Origin: Eledone cirrhosa
Lineage: Eukaryota
Direction of reading: 5' to 3'
NCBI GenBank assembly: GCA_964016885.1
Contig: OZ024748.1
Location: 58,714,001 to 58,778,000 of the forward strand
Length of the DNA: 64,000 nt
Of the stretch, positions 1-13,895 are shown piece by piece; positions within the stretch are counted from its first letter, which is position 1; each line of letters begins with the position of its first letter. The position numbers were made by a program, and so were the translations under genes. The notes beneath the pieces were generated by a model. That model made no database searches, had not been told where the DNA came from, and saw only the letters and a list, made by a program, of their open reading frames with translations.

Positions 1-29
1 ATGTTTTTATTACTATCTTCACGGTAATA

Positions 30-1205
30 TTATTAACCTTTTGGGCCCAATAACCTCGATCAGAACAATACACAGCTTGGTATTATTGCCTTCCATAGAA
101 AGTCTCTATTAATTCCTTCCTCATACGTATCAATCATATTATTGTTATTTGGGGATTTTTTTCAGGTTTTTTTTCTTAAAATATATTCTGAATATATAGA
201 TCGACGTAACTTTTAAAAGGTTTTCAGTATATTATTTCTACATAGCACGTATTGAGTACTACTGTGTTTTAACACGCAAATGCTTCCCCACTTGATTAGC
301 GTTTTTCATTATTATGTATTGCTGTTGTGGCAGTGGATTGGTAGTATCGGTAGAGGGTCGGACGCCATACTTTGCAACATAGAGTTATGGCCCTTTATGA
401 CCTGTGTTCAAATGCCACCGAGATTAACTTTTCCTTTTATCCTAACGGAGTCGATAAAATAAAGTACCAGTCACGCACTGAAGTCGATTAAACGACTTTT
501 CCCTCCCCCAAAATTGCTGGCCTTGTACCTATATAAGAAATCATTATTATGTATTGCTGTTAGGGCGGTGTATTGGCAGTATCGGTAGAGGGTCAGACGC
601 CATGCTTTGCAGCAAAGAGTTAGGACCCTTTATGGTCTGAGTTCAAATCCCGCCGAGGTTAACTTTGCCTTTCATCCCTACGGGGTCGATAAAATAAAGT
701 ACCAGTAATGCACTGGGATAATTGCTGGCCTTGTGCCAAACATAGAAACAATTATGTATTGCTGTTATTGGGTGGTGGATTGGTACAATCGGTAGAGGGT
801 CGGACGCCATGCTTTGCAGCATAGAGTTACGGCCCTTTATGATCTGAGTGCAAATCCCGCCGAGGTTAACTTTGCCTTTCATCCTTACGGGGTCGATAAA
901 ATAAAGTACCAGTAATGCACTGGGATAATTGCTGGCCTTGTGCCAAAATTTATTAACCTTTTGGGCCCAATAACCTCCATCAGAACAATACACAGTTTGG
1001 TATTATTGTCTTCCGTAGAAAGTCTCTATTAATTCCTTCCTTATACGTATCAATCACATTGTTTTTACTTAAACTATATTCCCAATACATAGATAGACGT
1101 AACTTGCAAAAGATTTCAGTATATTATTTCTACATAGCACGTATTGAGTACTACTGTATTGTAACTTGCACATGCTTTCCCAGTTGTTTAAAGTTTTTCA
1201 TTTTT
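30..1205 (+). repeat. Local direct duplication (copies ~30-310 and ~951-1205)
   Basis: 'ttattaaccttttgggcccaataacctc.atcagaacaatacacag.ttggtattattg...' and the following 'catagcacgtattgagtactactgt' block occur twice with few substitutions; three SINEs lie between the copies. Confidence 0.9.
328..948 (+). mobile_element. Head-to-tail trimer of tRNA-derived Deu/Nin-domain SINEs (~328-548, ~562-755, ~770-948)
   Basis: Each copy has an A-box-like 'tggcagtatcggtag', B-box 'gagttcaaatcc', Deu/Nin core 'ccgaggttaactttgcctttcatccttacggggtcgataaaataaagtaccag' and (first two copies) an 'agaaacaattat'-like tail. Confidence 0.92.
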
Positions 1206-1599
1206 AAGTATTGTTGTTGTTTTTCTTTTTTTCCTTTTCATTTTCCTTTTTGTTTTTCTTCCTTTTGTTTTATTCATTCATCTTCTTGTGTAGTATTGTT
1301 ATGCCATATTCCTGCTTTATTTCTTAGTTTTTTCATAAAATGTGTCTGTTTTTATTTATTAACATTTCGCTTTTTTGCTTCTTATTCTCATTTTTGTAAT
1401 ATTATTAAAGAAATAATTCATACCAATTCTATTATTATCATGGTTGTGTTTGTTCTTGTTGTTATGTATATATATATATCTTCTTAATCGTTTAGTTTTG
1501 TGGAGAGTTTTGAAAAAGCAATTAATTGTATGGGGGAAATATTATTTTTGAAGAATGGTAAAATTCAATAACTACTGCGCTAATTTATATTTCAACTAG

Positions 1600-1852
1600 A
1601 CTAATACAGAACCAGAGAAAGTCTTTCTTCCACCGTTTCGTCTGCTAGACGTCGAAAATATATTTCAAATGACAACTATATCGTATTTTGAAAAACAGAA
1701 CATTGAACATTGTCTGTTTCATATATTGTTTGAAAACCCAAAAGGGTTCATCACTGCTGGAACGCCTTTAGTTAAAAGTGTACTCGAAACTTTTGTAAAG
1801 AACAACACGGTAAAACAGATCAACTTCTGGGACGATAACCAGAAACTGGGAA
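1600..1852 (+). CDS. Candidate internal coding exon, unknown product
   Basis: 'atttcaactag' acceptor, then 84 open codons of non-repetitive sequence (TNTEPEKVFLPPFRLLDVENIFQMTTISYFEKQNIEHCLFHILFENPKGFITAGTPLVKSVLETFVKNNT...); possible donors at 1810 (acg|gtaaaa) or 1853 (a|gtattt). No homology recognised. Confidence 0.35.
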
Positions 1853-4089
1853 GTATTTGAGCTTATGGTTGCGCTTATATATTTATGAGCAATATATCAG
1901 ATATACTTTGCTGCCAATGTAGCAGATATCGGTACATTCTCTTGCGTGTATAAAGCAGAATCTCAAATATAACGGGTAATGAAATAAAAATGTATTGAGA
2001 CTATCCATTGAATTAGCAAACTAAGATAAACTCCTTAAAATATAAATCATACATTTCAGGTAACTCCCATTGCATCACATGCTAAAATATTTTAAAATAT
2101 AGAAAATGCAGAATGTGTGGTTACTTTACTTAAGCTACACCCGGTCGACTATCAGCTTAGCAGCACTATATGATAATCATTACTCTCACAAAAGCTGTCT
2201 CAATAGAATATTAAATTATTCATAGTGAGGTAGATATTATAGTTGTAATTCACCACCTGGTTTAACAACAAACGACTGGTCATTGGATAACTTTAGAGAA
2301 AACCATTCTATTTCCATGCATTTTAATCAGATTTCACATGTAATATATCTTAGACCTTCCGACCAACTAGGGGTCATTCGATAGGGGTACAATCTCTGAA
2401 TTATTTCCCAAGCGTAAAGGTTAAAACGAAAAGTTAATCTAGTTTCTGTAGCTTATAATTTCATATAATTTGTGAAGCTAAATTTATGTTCACAATGTCA
2501 ACAGTTTAACACATTTTCTTCCGTGATCGGCTGTATTATGTCTACCTAAAGAAGGAATATGTTAAACAAGAAGATCATTATTTACAATAACACTAGTATT
2601 GTCCTCTGATGCTGTCTTTACATATAACGGAATTTCTAGAAAATCAACCTTATTCATTCTAATTAATCACATAATTAAGATTTCATAACACAAGTTCCCT
2701 CAGGTTCTGTCTGAAATAATTACATTTCTAATCTATTTCATCTATAGTAATTTACTACAGAAGCACAATTATGCTCTAAAAGATAAACTGGATATTCGGA
2801 TTTGTAAACACGTTCACTCGCACTTCGTCTTTAGAGTCTCTGTCGCTCTTTTTCTTGTACTCTATATTTTGTTCATTCCCACTTTTCATCACTCATATGA
2901 GACAAAGAAGTGTGTGTATTATATATATATACAGGAAGTGTAACGTGAAGTTACTGTAGGTTCACCCAGATGAGCACTTATATATATATATATATTATAT
3001 ATATAATATATATATATGTGTGTGTGTGTAATATATGCTATACGTACGTAAGCATGCATGGATATATGTAAATGGGCAAATATTGACTAGAAAAATGCAA
3101 ATTACAAATCGGTACATTTCATAGTATGAAGTCAACAAGAGAGTTACTGTGGACGACGGACCTGCTAGAAATATCAGCCAAATTTCCCTGAAATCAAACC
3201 CCAAATTTCAAACAATGGAGAGCTTCTGAAGTCTTTAAAAGATTGCTGATTATTGTCTGCGTACACTGTCAGAGAATCAAATGGTTTGATCATGGCTGGA
3301 ACTTCGTGGATCACAGATATGTAATGACTGATAATATATTGACCTCGAAATAAGTCAAATTTGACATTGGTGGGATTTGAACTCAGAACGCAGAAAACCA
3401 AAATGAATAGCGTAAAGTATTTCGCGTACCAAACATTCTGTCAATTCTCTACCTTCATTTTGACATTACGGTGTAGAAATGTTCTTCAACTGTCATAATC
3501 TCAGACGCTAAGCAACATGATGAATGTAACAAAATTATGAAACTATCAATGTTTCAAATTCTTAAGAGATTAATGGTATTTGGAGATTAAGCAGAGATGC
3601 GGAAAAGTTTGGTTGGTGAAGTCTAGACATAAGAGAATATGTCAAAAGCATAATACATAGAATGACAGAAAACATAAAAGTGTATTTCAATTATCATTTT
3701 CGAAATAAATATTTATAGTGACAAATTTTATGCCGACGACAAATTACGTAACATTTAAGCAATATCCGGTAGTTTGAGCTCGAGTGGTCTGAAATTTTAT
3801 CAACGGAAATTAACCTGTTAAAATAAAAGGAAAAGCAACACGACGACTGCTTTTAGAATTGACACCACATTACTACTAGTACTACTACTATTAATAATAA
3901 TATAATAATACTGCAACAGATAATAACAATAGAGTAGTATATACTACTGCAGATAGCCACACAAATAACATGATGCTGAATATACCTCGAGAACGTGGAG
4001 ATGGTATATATGATGTAGAGACACACAGGAAACCAGGGAAGAAATAGCATTGTTTATGATATTCACACAAACCCAGCATTTTCGGAACA

Positions 4090-4480
4090 GGGGAAAGTTG
4101 ATTATATCGACTCTTCTACTAAAATAGAACTTATTTTATCATTTAATCCCTTAAGCATGAAAAGCAAAATTAATCTCGATGAGATTTTAACTCACAATGT
4201 AAAGTGTTGTAACTATATATTGCAAAATATGATGTCTGACGCCCTACATAGGCTGCCAAGCCACCACCATTCTCTACCGAAGAAAAATAATTGATTCTAC
4301 CTTTGGCACAAGGCCAGCAATTTAAAGGGGAGTGAATGTCGATCAAATCAACCTCAGTGCGTTACGCCCACGTAAGCTTAAAAGCAAAGCTAACCTCGGC
4401 GTGATTTGAATTCATGACGTAAAGGGTGGTAACTACATGCTGCAAAACATCCTTTACAATATTACCAATCAATCGCCAGG
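4090..4480 (-). mobile_element. Two degenerate Deu/Nin SINE copies
   Basis: Reverse-complement matches such as 'ggcacaaggccagcaattt' and 'aaagcaaagctaacctcggcgtgatttgaattc'. Confidence 0.7.
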
Positions 4481-5564
4481 AAAAGGAAACGAGGTATGTT
4501 CTACATTTTAGGCTAAACCCTCGCACAATATTTGCCGACTTACTCACAGAAGAAAACGAAGTAACCATGGGTGTATCAATACCTCTGTATCTGGTGGAAC
4601 TCTGACACGGATATCTGCAGGAGAATGAAATCCGCTATGTAAATAAAGGCTATGTAGTGTTTTAAAGTGATATGCGGTATAAAACTATCTCCTACTAACA
4701 ATACGTAATCATTCCAATGGCCTTCAACACAATTTTCCTCAATCAAATTTCACCCAGAAAGCACTAGTCAGCATGATCTTAAAGCAGTAACTCTCTGTCC
4801 AAAGTGTAACGCAATGAAATTAAGCCTAGAATCACTTATTTGTGAAAAGAAATTATTAACAAATAGAAATAGCTGCCCACATTTCAATACACATTGGTTC
4901 CTTTCAGAGTATACTTAATATTAATTTACATCCGTGGTCTTAACGCTTCATTAATGTATCAGTTATAAAGTATTATAGTTCATTACCATTACACCTAAAT
5001 AAAAATAATTTATGATCCAGTTAGAATTACCAGCAGAATCTGCTTTAAATCACAGTATTCCTTCAATAGGAAGGACATGTTTGAAAATATATGTGGATGG
5101 AATTGCGTTTCGTTCGTGGTTTTTGTGTGAGCATTAACAATGAAATATTGAAAGCGGGTTGGGGCATCTAGGAAAATCAAACGGGTGAAACCATTTCTAG
5201 CCAATGTCTTTATATGCAATGATTTACATTTTTAACATCCAACTAACGAACCACCGTTGCAGCTATGACATTATCATCGACTCGTATATCCATTTTCCCA
5301 TAAAGATGTTAAACTATGGATAAATTCCAACACTGATGACTAGGTCTCAAACAATCTCAATGAAACCTAATTAATATAGAAAAAATAATTTTTAATCAAA
5401 GGAAATTTCTCCTGCAATGAGAAAGAAAATTGTTAGCATTAATAACATTAATTTTACAGAAAAGCTAGAGAGAGAACTTCGAAATTTAAATCGATCAAAA
5501 TTTCTTAAAATTTTCAGTAAATTTGTTTGTTTCTCCGTTTGATTTACAACTGTTCTTTATTTAA

Positions 5565-5763
5565 CCCTTTAGCATTTACATTGTACTTTTGTGATAAAGG
5601 CTTTATCTTACATAATTATCTTACATTATATCGAATCTGAGATTTTGTTATTTCTTTTGAGAACAATACCTTGACATCAATATGAGATGCTGATTACAGC
5701 TGGTTTGAAAAGAAAGAGGTGGGAGGATTCTGACTTGATATAACTGGTTTAAATGTTAAAGGG
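5565..5763. mobile_element. piggyBac-type MITE
   Basis: TTAA at 5561-5564 and 5764-5767 flanking TIRs 'ccctttagcattta' / 'taaatgttaaaggg'. Confidence 0.8.
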
Positions 5764-6362
5764 TTAAGGCGAAGAGCATTAGGATTGCGTGATGTTCATA
5801 CATTTCCCAAAGTATATAGCATCATAAATTATAATTGTCTTCAACTTAGGAGGGAATCTTCCTCGTAGTCTTCACTTTCCTCTTGTCTCTATCTTGCCCC
5901 ATGGAACTCACCAGAATAATAATGTATAAATGATTAATTATTTAAGTGATGGAAATAATTATGTTGCAACCGAAGAACAAGACAACGGAGGAAACGAATG
6001 AGTTAGTGGGAGGAGAACTTTGATTTGAAACAATGATTTACTATAACTCGGTAACAGACGGAAACAACGAATTAATTATAATTCAATATATTGAATTCCT
6101 GTAACTATTGCATTTGAGAAATCTCTTAAATTTACTACTTTAAGACGAATCTCTAGAGTTTAATTTTAGTCTTCGTTGATGGTTTTGAACTAATAAATGC
6201 ATTTTAACGAATGTAGCACTTGCATGTATTTTTTAAACTTCAAAGAAGCCGATGTCTTTGTTTTGTTATTATCTTTGTCATTGTTATTTTCGTTTAAAAT
6301 GTTTACTTTATTTATTTTTATTATATTTTTGTTTTTAGTTTTATTTGAATATTTTGTTTTGT

Positions 6363-6393
<31 letters not shown>

Positions 6394-6529
6394 TGTTTTA
6401 ATTTATTTATTTTTTAAATATACTAAGTTATATTTAAAGTTTATTGCAAAAAGCTTTATCCAATAATTTCTAATGTTAGCATATCAAACTTCCACAGACA
6501 AATTTAATTAGGTGCCTTTAAAAGAAATG

Positions 6530-7015
6530 GTGGAAGTTAATGGTGATTGAAGCTGTTGTTCCTGTACTGTTATTGCCATTTATCGTTGTTGTTGTTGTTT
6601 TATTGTTAGTGATGTTTTATTGGTTCGTAGTCGATGTTATTGTGATTGGTGCATTGGATATTAATGATTATTCTTGCATGATGATGAGCCGTGTGAGGGG
6701 GAGGGGAAGAAGGAGACGCAGGGGAATAGTGTTTTGATAAGGATGATAATGATATTGGTTGTTTTGCTGCGGCCGTGGGAAAGAAAGGAGGATGGTTGTG
6801 ATGATGATTGTGGTGCTGCTAATTCTGATGATGGTTGTTTTGCTGCTTCTGATGATAATTATGATGATGATGGGGAGGAGGAGAATGGCTGTGTTGCTGC
6901 TGATAAGTAGGATGGTTGTGCTGATGATGATATTGGCTGTTTGCTGCTTCTGCTGTAGGTGAAGGTGATGTTTATGCTGGTGATTGTTCTGATTGTAATA
7001 TTGAAGATGCTGAAG
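6530..7015. repeat. Degenerate (GAT/GTT/GCT)n trinucleotide low-complexity tract
   Basis: Runs of gatgat, gttgtt and gctgct; explains three overlapping low-complexity ORFs. Confidence 0.85.
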
Positions 7016-10000
7016 TCACACATTTATTTCTTGTTGATGTTTATGTTTCTTTAAATTAAAAGTTAAATAATTTCCGATCTGTTCTCTTTGGTGAAAAGGG
7101 AAAAAATGGAATACATTAATTTATTTTCTGAAGACTAAAATAATGTGGAAGAGAGATGCAATCAAAGATTGCTGCCATAAGTGCACATCTGAAAAACATT
7201 TTATTCAAAGTTTATGTAAAATCAATATCAAAGAAATTTAACGTTGGACTTTTCAATGCTGTTTAAAAGAGACGTTATACAATTCAGGCTTAACATTTTG
7301 GCAAATTTAGCAATAAATACAAAATAGAGAAAACAGACATATTGACGATTGCCTTCTTTTATTTTCAAGTATTTATCAGAAGTTACAATATTGAAAACAT
7401 ATTTTCATTCCTATTTTATGTTTATAGAATTTCTAAAGAAATATTTATGAAAAGATTTCCAAAGTAATGTCTAAGTATTGGAGACTTCGCCATAGTATTA
7501 TAGTCTTTCAAATTCATTCTCTGTAATTGACAATGGCCTATTTTTATATTCTATTAATATGCCATTATATTGGTAGATGCAGATAGAAGCTATTTATAAA
7601 CTGTACACAATTAAGATATGTTAAACACCTTTTTAGTCTGTAGTATATCTTGTTGAATTGCGTCGTATCTAAGCTACACCCACGGTAGATTTTTAACTCG
7701 GACTATACAGCTTATATTGTCAGCCTTACAATGCATCTGCCCTCAGCACTAACATGGTTTACTCAAACAACGGTATTTATGCAGACCTATGTGAAATGCA
7801 ACATCAATGTTAAATGTCTCCTTTTTTTTCCTGAAATACCTAGAATGTATCATTTACAAAAGAAATATAATCATGTTTCTTTAATTTAACATTAAATTAA
7901 ATAGTGGCTGAAGTATGAGTCGTATGGCTGTTTCATTTAATTCAACCACAATATTAATCTTAACTAATTTCATCGACAACAAAATGACCAAAAGCATTAT
8001 TTGCACTGGCGAGGGATCTAAAACTTTAGCATAGGCAAATGAAATTTAATAACTCAGAATCTAATGACATTCTGAGTTATTAAATTTCCTGCCTAATTGC
8101 CATAATATATAACTACAAAATAACTAGGTTTAGTTAATACCAGACGTTGTGATATATGTAATAAAAGACCGACCAGTTCCAAAAAGCTGGTACAATGGGG
8201 TAGAAACATAGTAAGGGCAAATGATGACAAAATGAAATAAAACAAAGTAATGCTTTACCCAATGTATTTCAAAATATATCAAGGCTAATACCCTCTTTTC
8301 AAATGTATAGCTTAAATAGTTCAAAACAGAATGAACGATTGGTGTGGGCTTGCGTATCTGCAATACGCATGCGAGAAATCGCTATAGTAACTAGGTTTAG
8401 TTTTAGTGTGAAGTAGGATTTTCTGATGATTATAGTTTTCTGGGGTGGGGCGTGTTTGTTGTATAAGTGTCAAATGAAAGGAAGAAAGTAGACTTATGTG
8501 GTGGTCTCAGCTTTCTGAAACTTTAATTCTATACTACAGTCTATCACATAAGAAAAAAATAATACTATACTGGCTGTGAAAATATATTTATCTCTTGTAA
8601 CATTTATTGATTTATATCACAATGTGTCCTCTTTCTTTATCTAGTAAAATTGATATTATATAGAATTTGGGAACGGCTGAATTTTACAACAGCTGAATCA
8701 TCATTGGATTATGTATAAAAAACTGAAATGTGTGAATCAATGAAACATTTCAGAAACAAACGCCAATACTAATAACTTACCAAAGTATTGAAGTGTTGTA
8801 TTTTAAATACAGTACTATTCTTGCTAACACTACTTCTGTGTTTGCATTTAACACTTCTCTTGGATTGGTTTGGAATATATATTGATCAGTCGTTAGCCTT
8901 TAGTTGTGAGCGTTATAGAATAAGAGAGTAGCTGCCGACAACTAGACGAGTGAGTTCAAATGATATCAGTTTATTTGTCTTCATTTTTCTCAGCTTATCA
9001 AGAGACGTCAAGATCTGAACAGCGATTTCAATCAATCTTAAATCTGTTCTAATATAAACTTGACACGCGAATTTTATTTAAATGGCCTGATCCTCAAGAC
9101 ATCCAGCTTCATTTCTGTTCCTACCAATGTTAGTTAAGTTAAAGTCTGTTATAAGCCGAAGTCTCACCAGGCCAGTGCTGATCCCCGATTTCCTTATCGT
9201 TAAGCGACTGAGAGTACAATGATATGTTTCTATTGTTTCAAATAAATTAATTGTTGTATATATTAAAACAAAATATAATACATTCCCAGCAAAAGCGGGT
9301 TTTAATTGTGTTCACTTATAAACCACCTTCCAGTTTAAATACTGACATAATTCAATTCGGTACATGGCAGATGAAATACAAGATCGATGTCTTGTAGTAT
9401 TTCTATTTCCCAAAACAACGATATTTTGATTAGACATAAATATTACTCAGGACATCGTTTACAGGCTGTGATGTCTTGTGTTCAACATGAAGGGAGGGAA
9501 GTGGTGGTATAAGCTGGGGCGGGGCGTGCTACTACTTTTCAGCTTCTCCCAATTTTGGGCTATAATGTCTACACATTTCCTCTTAACTTCAGCCTCATGG
9601 AACGTAGCGTACCCCTGGTTCCTATATCTATATTAATCACTGCTTGACATTTGTGTAGATAGTAAAATAAATAGAGGTTTCAATTTTATTTAGAAATTAG
9701 AGGTACACATTTCATAAAACACTGAATATTTTGTTTTCATGTTTAACAGGTCTTTTATCACATAAAAGGGGCATGTGGGTAGGCGAACGTTTAGGTTTTT
9801 CCAAAAGCTTTTTCATCAAGTAACATAGTGTTATTGTTTAGCCCCTGATCATCCCTAGTTGAGAAGCCGTATGTCAAGAATAATTCCAGTCATTAATATA
9901 TTCTCGTTTTTGTATATCCGGGATTGTAGTGTCAAATGTATCATTCCTTTTGTTAAACTATGTTGTAGAAGTTTAAACATATTTGGCTGATGTTTCATTC

Positions 10001-11005
10001 CGTCTTAATTTCCCCCGTGTATATTGTTTTTTAGCTGCCCCAAGTCAATTCTGATCGGATGAATCCGTGATTGAATGCACGCAACGCATGATTCTTTTTT
10101 TTAAGTTTTGTTTTCATATTATTTTTTGTAACAGTGTATGATAGCCTACACTATTGATTGTCTTCTTTGCTTTTGAAGATTGTAGAATACAGTTAGAAAG
10201 AGGTTTGGCTCATATTTGTATCAGGTCCTGTGGCTCTGTTGAGACTTGTTGATAGGATCTTATTGCCTACGTTTCTTGATATGGCGTCAGCCATGCACCA
10301 ATCTGTGTATATATATCTCTACTCACTCACTGTTTGCCAGGGGTTGCAAATATTAGTTTATTTCTAGTGTGTAGTGGATTAGGAAAATCAAAGAAATACG
10401 AGACAAAATGCTTTGTAGCCTTTAATTACATCTTTATACATTTTAACTGCAAATCTCTCTGGAATGGAGTTTCACTTTCATCCTTTCAGGATCAATAAAG
10501 TTTAGTATTATTCAAGTACTAGAGTCAATCTCCTCAACTGAACCCTTGCGCCAAAAATTGTGCAAGTTTTGCCTTCGTAAGAAATCAATATTAACTTAAT
10601 GTTTGCTATGTATAATGTTCTATAATTTATATATAGCTTTGTAAGTAAAGAGGAATGGATTTCTTTGTGAATAGCTTTTATTGAAGTCTTGATTTGATAG
10701 TTGCACTCCACGTTTTCTGAGGCACTGTACACTTTATATATATATATATATATATTTATTAAAATAACAGATTAAAGTTTAAGCAAAGAATCGCTTCTTT
10801 CACCCTTAACGTTCTTATATATTTGATATATATTTATCCTTATCGAGCCCTCTTTGGATTTTAGTCTTCAAATTTATCATTATTACTATATATATATAGG
10901 TAGAGAAGATAGAGTACTAGACATTAAGTAATAATGGTTCGAGTCCGAAACACATGTTTCAGTACAATATCAGTCCACGAGCGCTGATTGCATATTATGC
11001 TCAAT

Positions 11006-11183
11006 TGGCAGTATCGGTAGAGGGTCGGACGCCATGTTTGCAGCACAGTTACGTCCATTTACGGACTGAGTTCAAATCCCGCCGAGGTTCACTTTGCCTT
11101 TCATACTTACGGGATCGATAAAATAAAGTACCAGTAATGCACTGGGTAATTGCTGGCCTTGTACCATAAGTAGAAACAATTAT
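11006..11183 (+). mobile_element. Deu/Nin SINE, short subfamily, with target-site duplication (TSD)
   Basis: SINE consensus; 'attatgctcaat' at 10994-11005 and 11179-11190. Confidence 0.92.
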
Positions 11184-11405
11184 GCTCAATCGCAATCATT
11201 ACATAAAATACTGCACATTCATCAGAAAGGATATAGTGTTCATAGTTCGGGGTGAGGTCGCTGCAACTTGCAATAAAGATTTTCTTACCGCTATATACTC
11301 GGGTTTAAAGGCAACTCATGTCGAGGAAAATACTTTGGTAAGCAATTTACTATATTTATTTTGTTTGCATATTGATTCACACAAACAAGCTTTAACCTTA
11401 CATAT

Positions 11406-11457
<52 letters not shown>

Positions 11458-11949
11458 TGTCCTTTAACTGGCTTGGTTTGACGTCAATATGCCGATGGTA
11501 TTAGTCAGCGTAGAGACAAACAGAATTCCCAAGGCATGTTCTTAATTTCCTTAACGTTCTCAATTCAAAACCTATCGACCTTATCTCCCTCTAAGGTCGG
11601 GGAAATAGGCAAATATAATCGCAACTGAAATCAGGTGTCTACATTAAAAAAATCAATATTTTTATTATCATTGAAATTTGTAATTAAGAACTGGAAAAAC
11701 ATATTAAATATGACGTATGTAAATTTGTCTTTTACGAAAAGTAGTTCAGTTATTGGTTCACAAATCTGCTGACATTTTGAATTAAGATCTGAAAGCAAAA
11801 ATCAAAACAAGTCACTTGAAAACGCGTTATCATTAAATAAGAAAGGTGTCCAAAATTTGACAAATGATCGTCATATTAACTGAACACAATATTTTCAAAT
11901 TAGCTGATTAATATAAAAGTGTAAAATTTCGTTTAATATATATTATGCT

Positions 11950-12625
11950 AATAATGGTTTCTTATTTAGGCACAAGTACAACAAATTTTTGGTGAAAGGG
12001 AAACGTCGATTACATCGACCTCAGTGCATTACTGGTACTTTATTTTATTGACCCTGTAAGGATGATAGGCAAAGCTTACCTCGGCGAGATTTGAATAACG
12101 ATTATAACAATTGTTTCGACTTTTGGCAGAAGGCCAGCAATTACCCAGTGCATTACTGGTACTTTGTTTTATCGACCCCGTAAGGATGAAAGGCAAAATT
12201 AACCTCGGCGAGATTTGAACTCTGAATAGGAAGGACCGTAACTCTATGCGTCAAAGCATGGCGTCCGACCCTCTGCCGATACCTCCAATCCATAATGGTC
12301 TCTGATTTAGGATGAAGGCCAGCAATTGGGATGGGGAGTCGATTGAGTCGACCTCGGCGTGTTTTATCGACTCCGTAAGGATAAAAGGCAAAAGTTACCT
12401 CGACGGGATTTGAACTCAAATCTCGGTAGGAATTGAATAATGAAAATAATTGTTTCTCCTTTTGGCACAAGGCCAGCAGATATTCCAGTGGATTACTGGT
12501 ACTTCATTTTATCGACCCCGTAAGGATGAAAGGCAAAGGCAACCTCAACAGAATTTGAACTCAGATAGCAAAGGGCCGTAACTCTATGCTGCAAAGCATG
12601 GTGTCTGATCCTCTACCTATACTGT
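11950..12625 (-). mobile_element. Cluster of four Deu/Nin SINE copies (two partial)
   Basis: Repeated 'ctggtactttattttatcgaccccgtaaggatgaaaggcaaa...cctcggcg.gatttgaactc' (reverse complement of the SINE core). Confidence 0.9.
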
Positions 12626-13183
12626 TTAGCCAGTTTTACTCACAAGATTTTGGTGACCCGAGGGTTTGGAAAATAACATTTACCCAAAATGCTAGGCAGT
12701 GTTATCGAACTAATGATTGTAATCCGGCCCTTCAATCATTCGAATATGATATCTTCACAATATATCGGTTTACATCAATTTATAATACCATAACGATACT
12801 CAATATTTATTTGTATTCTTGTCCACGATTAGCCTAATCTATTTTGTGTTTGGGAATAATATCTTAAAATTAGGAGCTGGCTTAGTTTTAGATGACCTTA
12901 TGATAAATTCAGTTGCTTTTCCTTTAAGATATTTCACTTATTAACCCAAATTCTCATTTGAATAAGTTCTTTGTAACTTGACATTGTTCGTGATTTCCCT
13001 CACGTCTTCAATATTTAGAAATGCGACGTCACTCGGTTTTGTTTACAACTTAACGCCTTCAAGACTTTTATCTTGTCTTTGAATCAAAACTTGTTAACAC
13101 ACAAACAATACATAACTCCAAAGCTAATTTAGCAAATTGAACATGTATGCGCTCTTTCTAAAGGAAAACGTTTTGTCTGAGGT

Positions 13184-13895
13184 ATGGTTTGTGTGTGCGT
13201 GTGCTTGTTGTGTGTGTGTGCTTGTGTGTGTGTGCTTGTGTGTGTGTTCTTGTGTGCTTGTGTGTGTGTTGTGTGTGTGCTTGTGTGTGTGTATGCGCTT
13301 GTGTTGTGTGTGTGTTGTGTGTGTGTATGCGCTTGTGTTGTGCGTGTACGCGCTTGTGTTGTGTGTGTGTGTACGCGCTTGTGTTGTGTGTGTGTGTACG
13401 CGCTTGTGTTGTGTGTGTGTGTACGCGCTTGTGTGTGTGTGTGTGTACGCGCTTGTGTTGTGTGTGTGTGTGTACGCGCTTGTGTTGTGTGTGTACGCGC
13501 TTGTGTTGTGTGTGTGTGTACGCGCTTGTGTTGTCTTGTGTGTGTTGTTTGCGTAAATTCCAGCTTGTCTTTTTGTGCATGTGTGGGTGTATGTGGGTAT
13601 CAGTATGTCTTTGTTTTTGTGGATGCACAAGTGTTGGTGTGTTTGTATATGCATTTGTGTGCGTCTGTGTTTGCCTGTATGTTAATGTGTGTTCATTAGC
13701 GCGTATATATTTGTGTGTCTTTGTTTGTGAACATGTGTGTGTATGAATGTGTACGTATTTGTTTGTGTTTTTATGTGTATATATTTTTCTGTGTAAAAAT
13801 GTGTGTACATGTGTATGTACAAATGTGTACGTATTTGTTTGTGTCTTTCTGTTTATATGTGTTTCTGTATTTGTAAATGTGTACATGTGTATGTT
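13184..13895. repeat. (GT)n-derived minisatellite, unit ~'gtacgcgcttgtgttgtgtgtgtgt'
   Basis: About 9 copies of 'tacgcgcttgtg' within GT runs, decaying to the right; source of the CV/TH-rich ORFs. Confidence 0.93.

Noticed and set aside
328-948. Repeat-spacer pattern or tRNA gene cluster
   Set aside because: Units are ~190-bp SINEs with TSD spacers; heads lack a complete cloverleaf; not CRISPR and not tRNA genes.
280-993. ORFs 280-462 and 643-993 (also 12153-12470, 15859-16068, 26449-26718)
   Set aside because: Translations of SINE sequence; the same peptide fragments recur wherever the SINE occurs.
6540-6962. Acidic and hydrophobic overlapping ORFs
   Set aside because: Trinucleotide low-complexity DNA open in several frames.
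8904-9640. Further exon-like segments extending the 1600-5184 chain
   Set aside because: Several frames look equally plausible and contain stops; the apparent donor overlaps a SINE-like 'gagttcaaat'.
13124-13886. Cys/Val- and Thr/His-rich ORFs (metallothionein-like appearance)
   Set aside because: Artefact of the (GT)n minisatellite.
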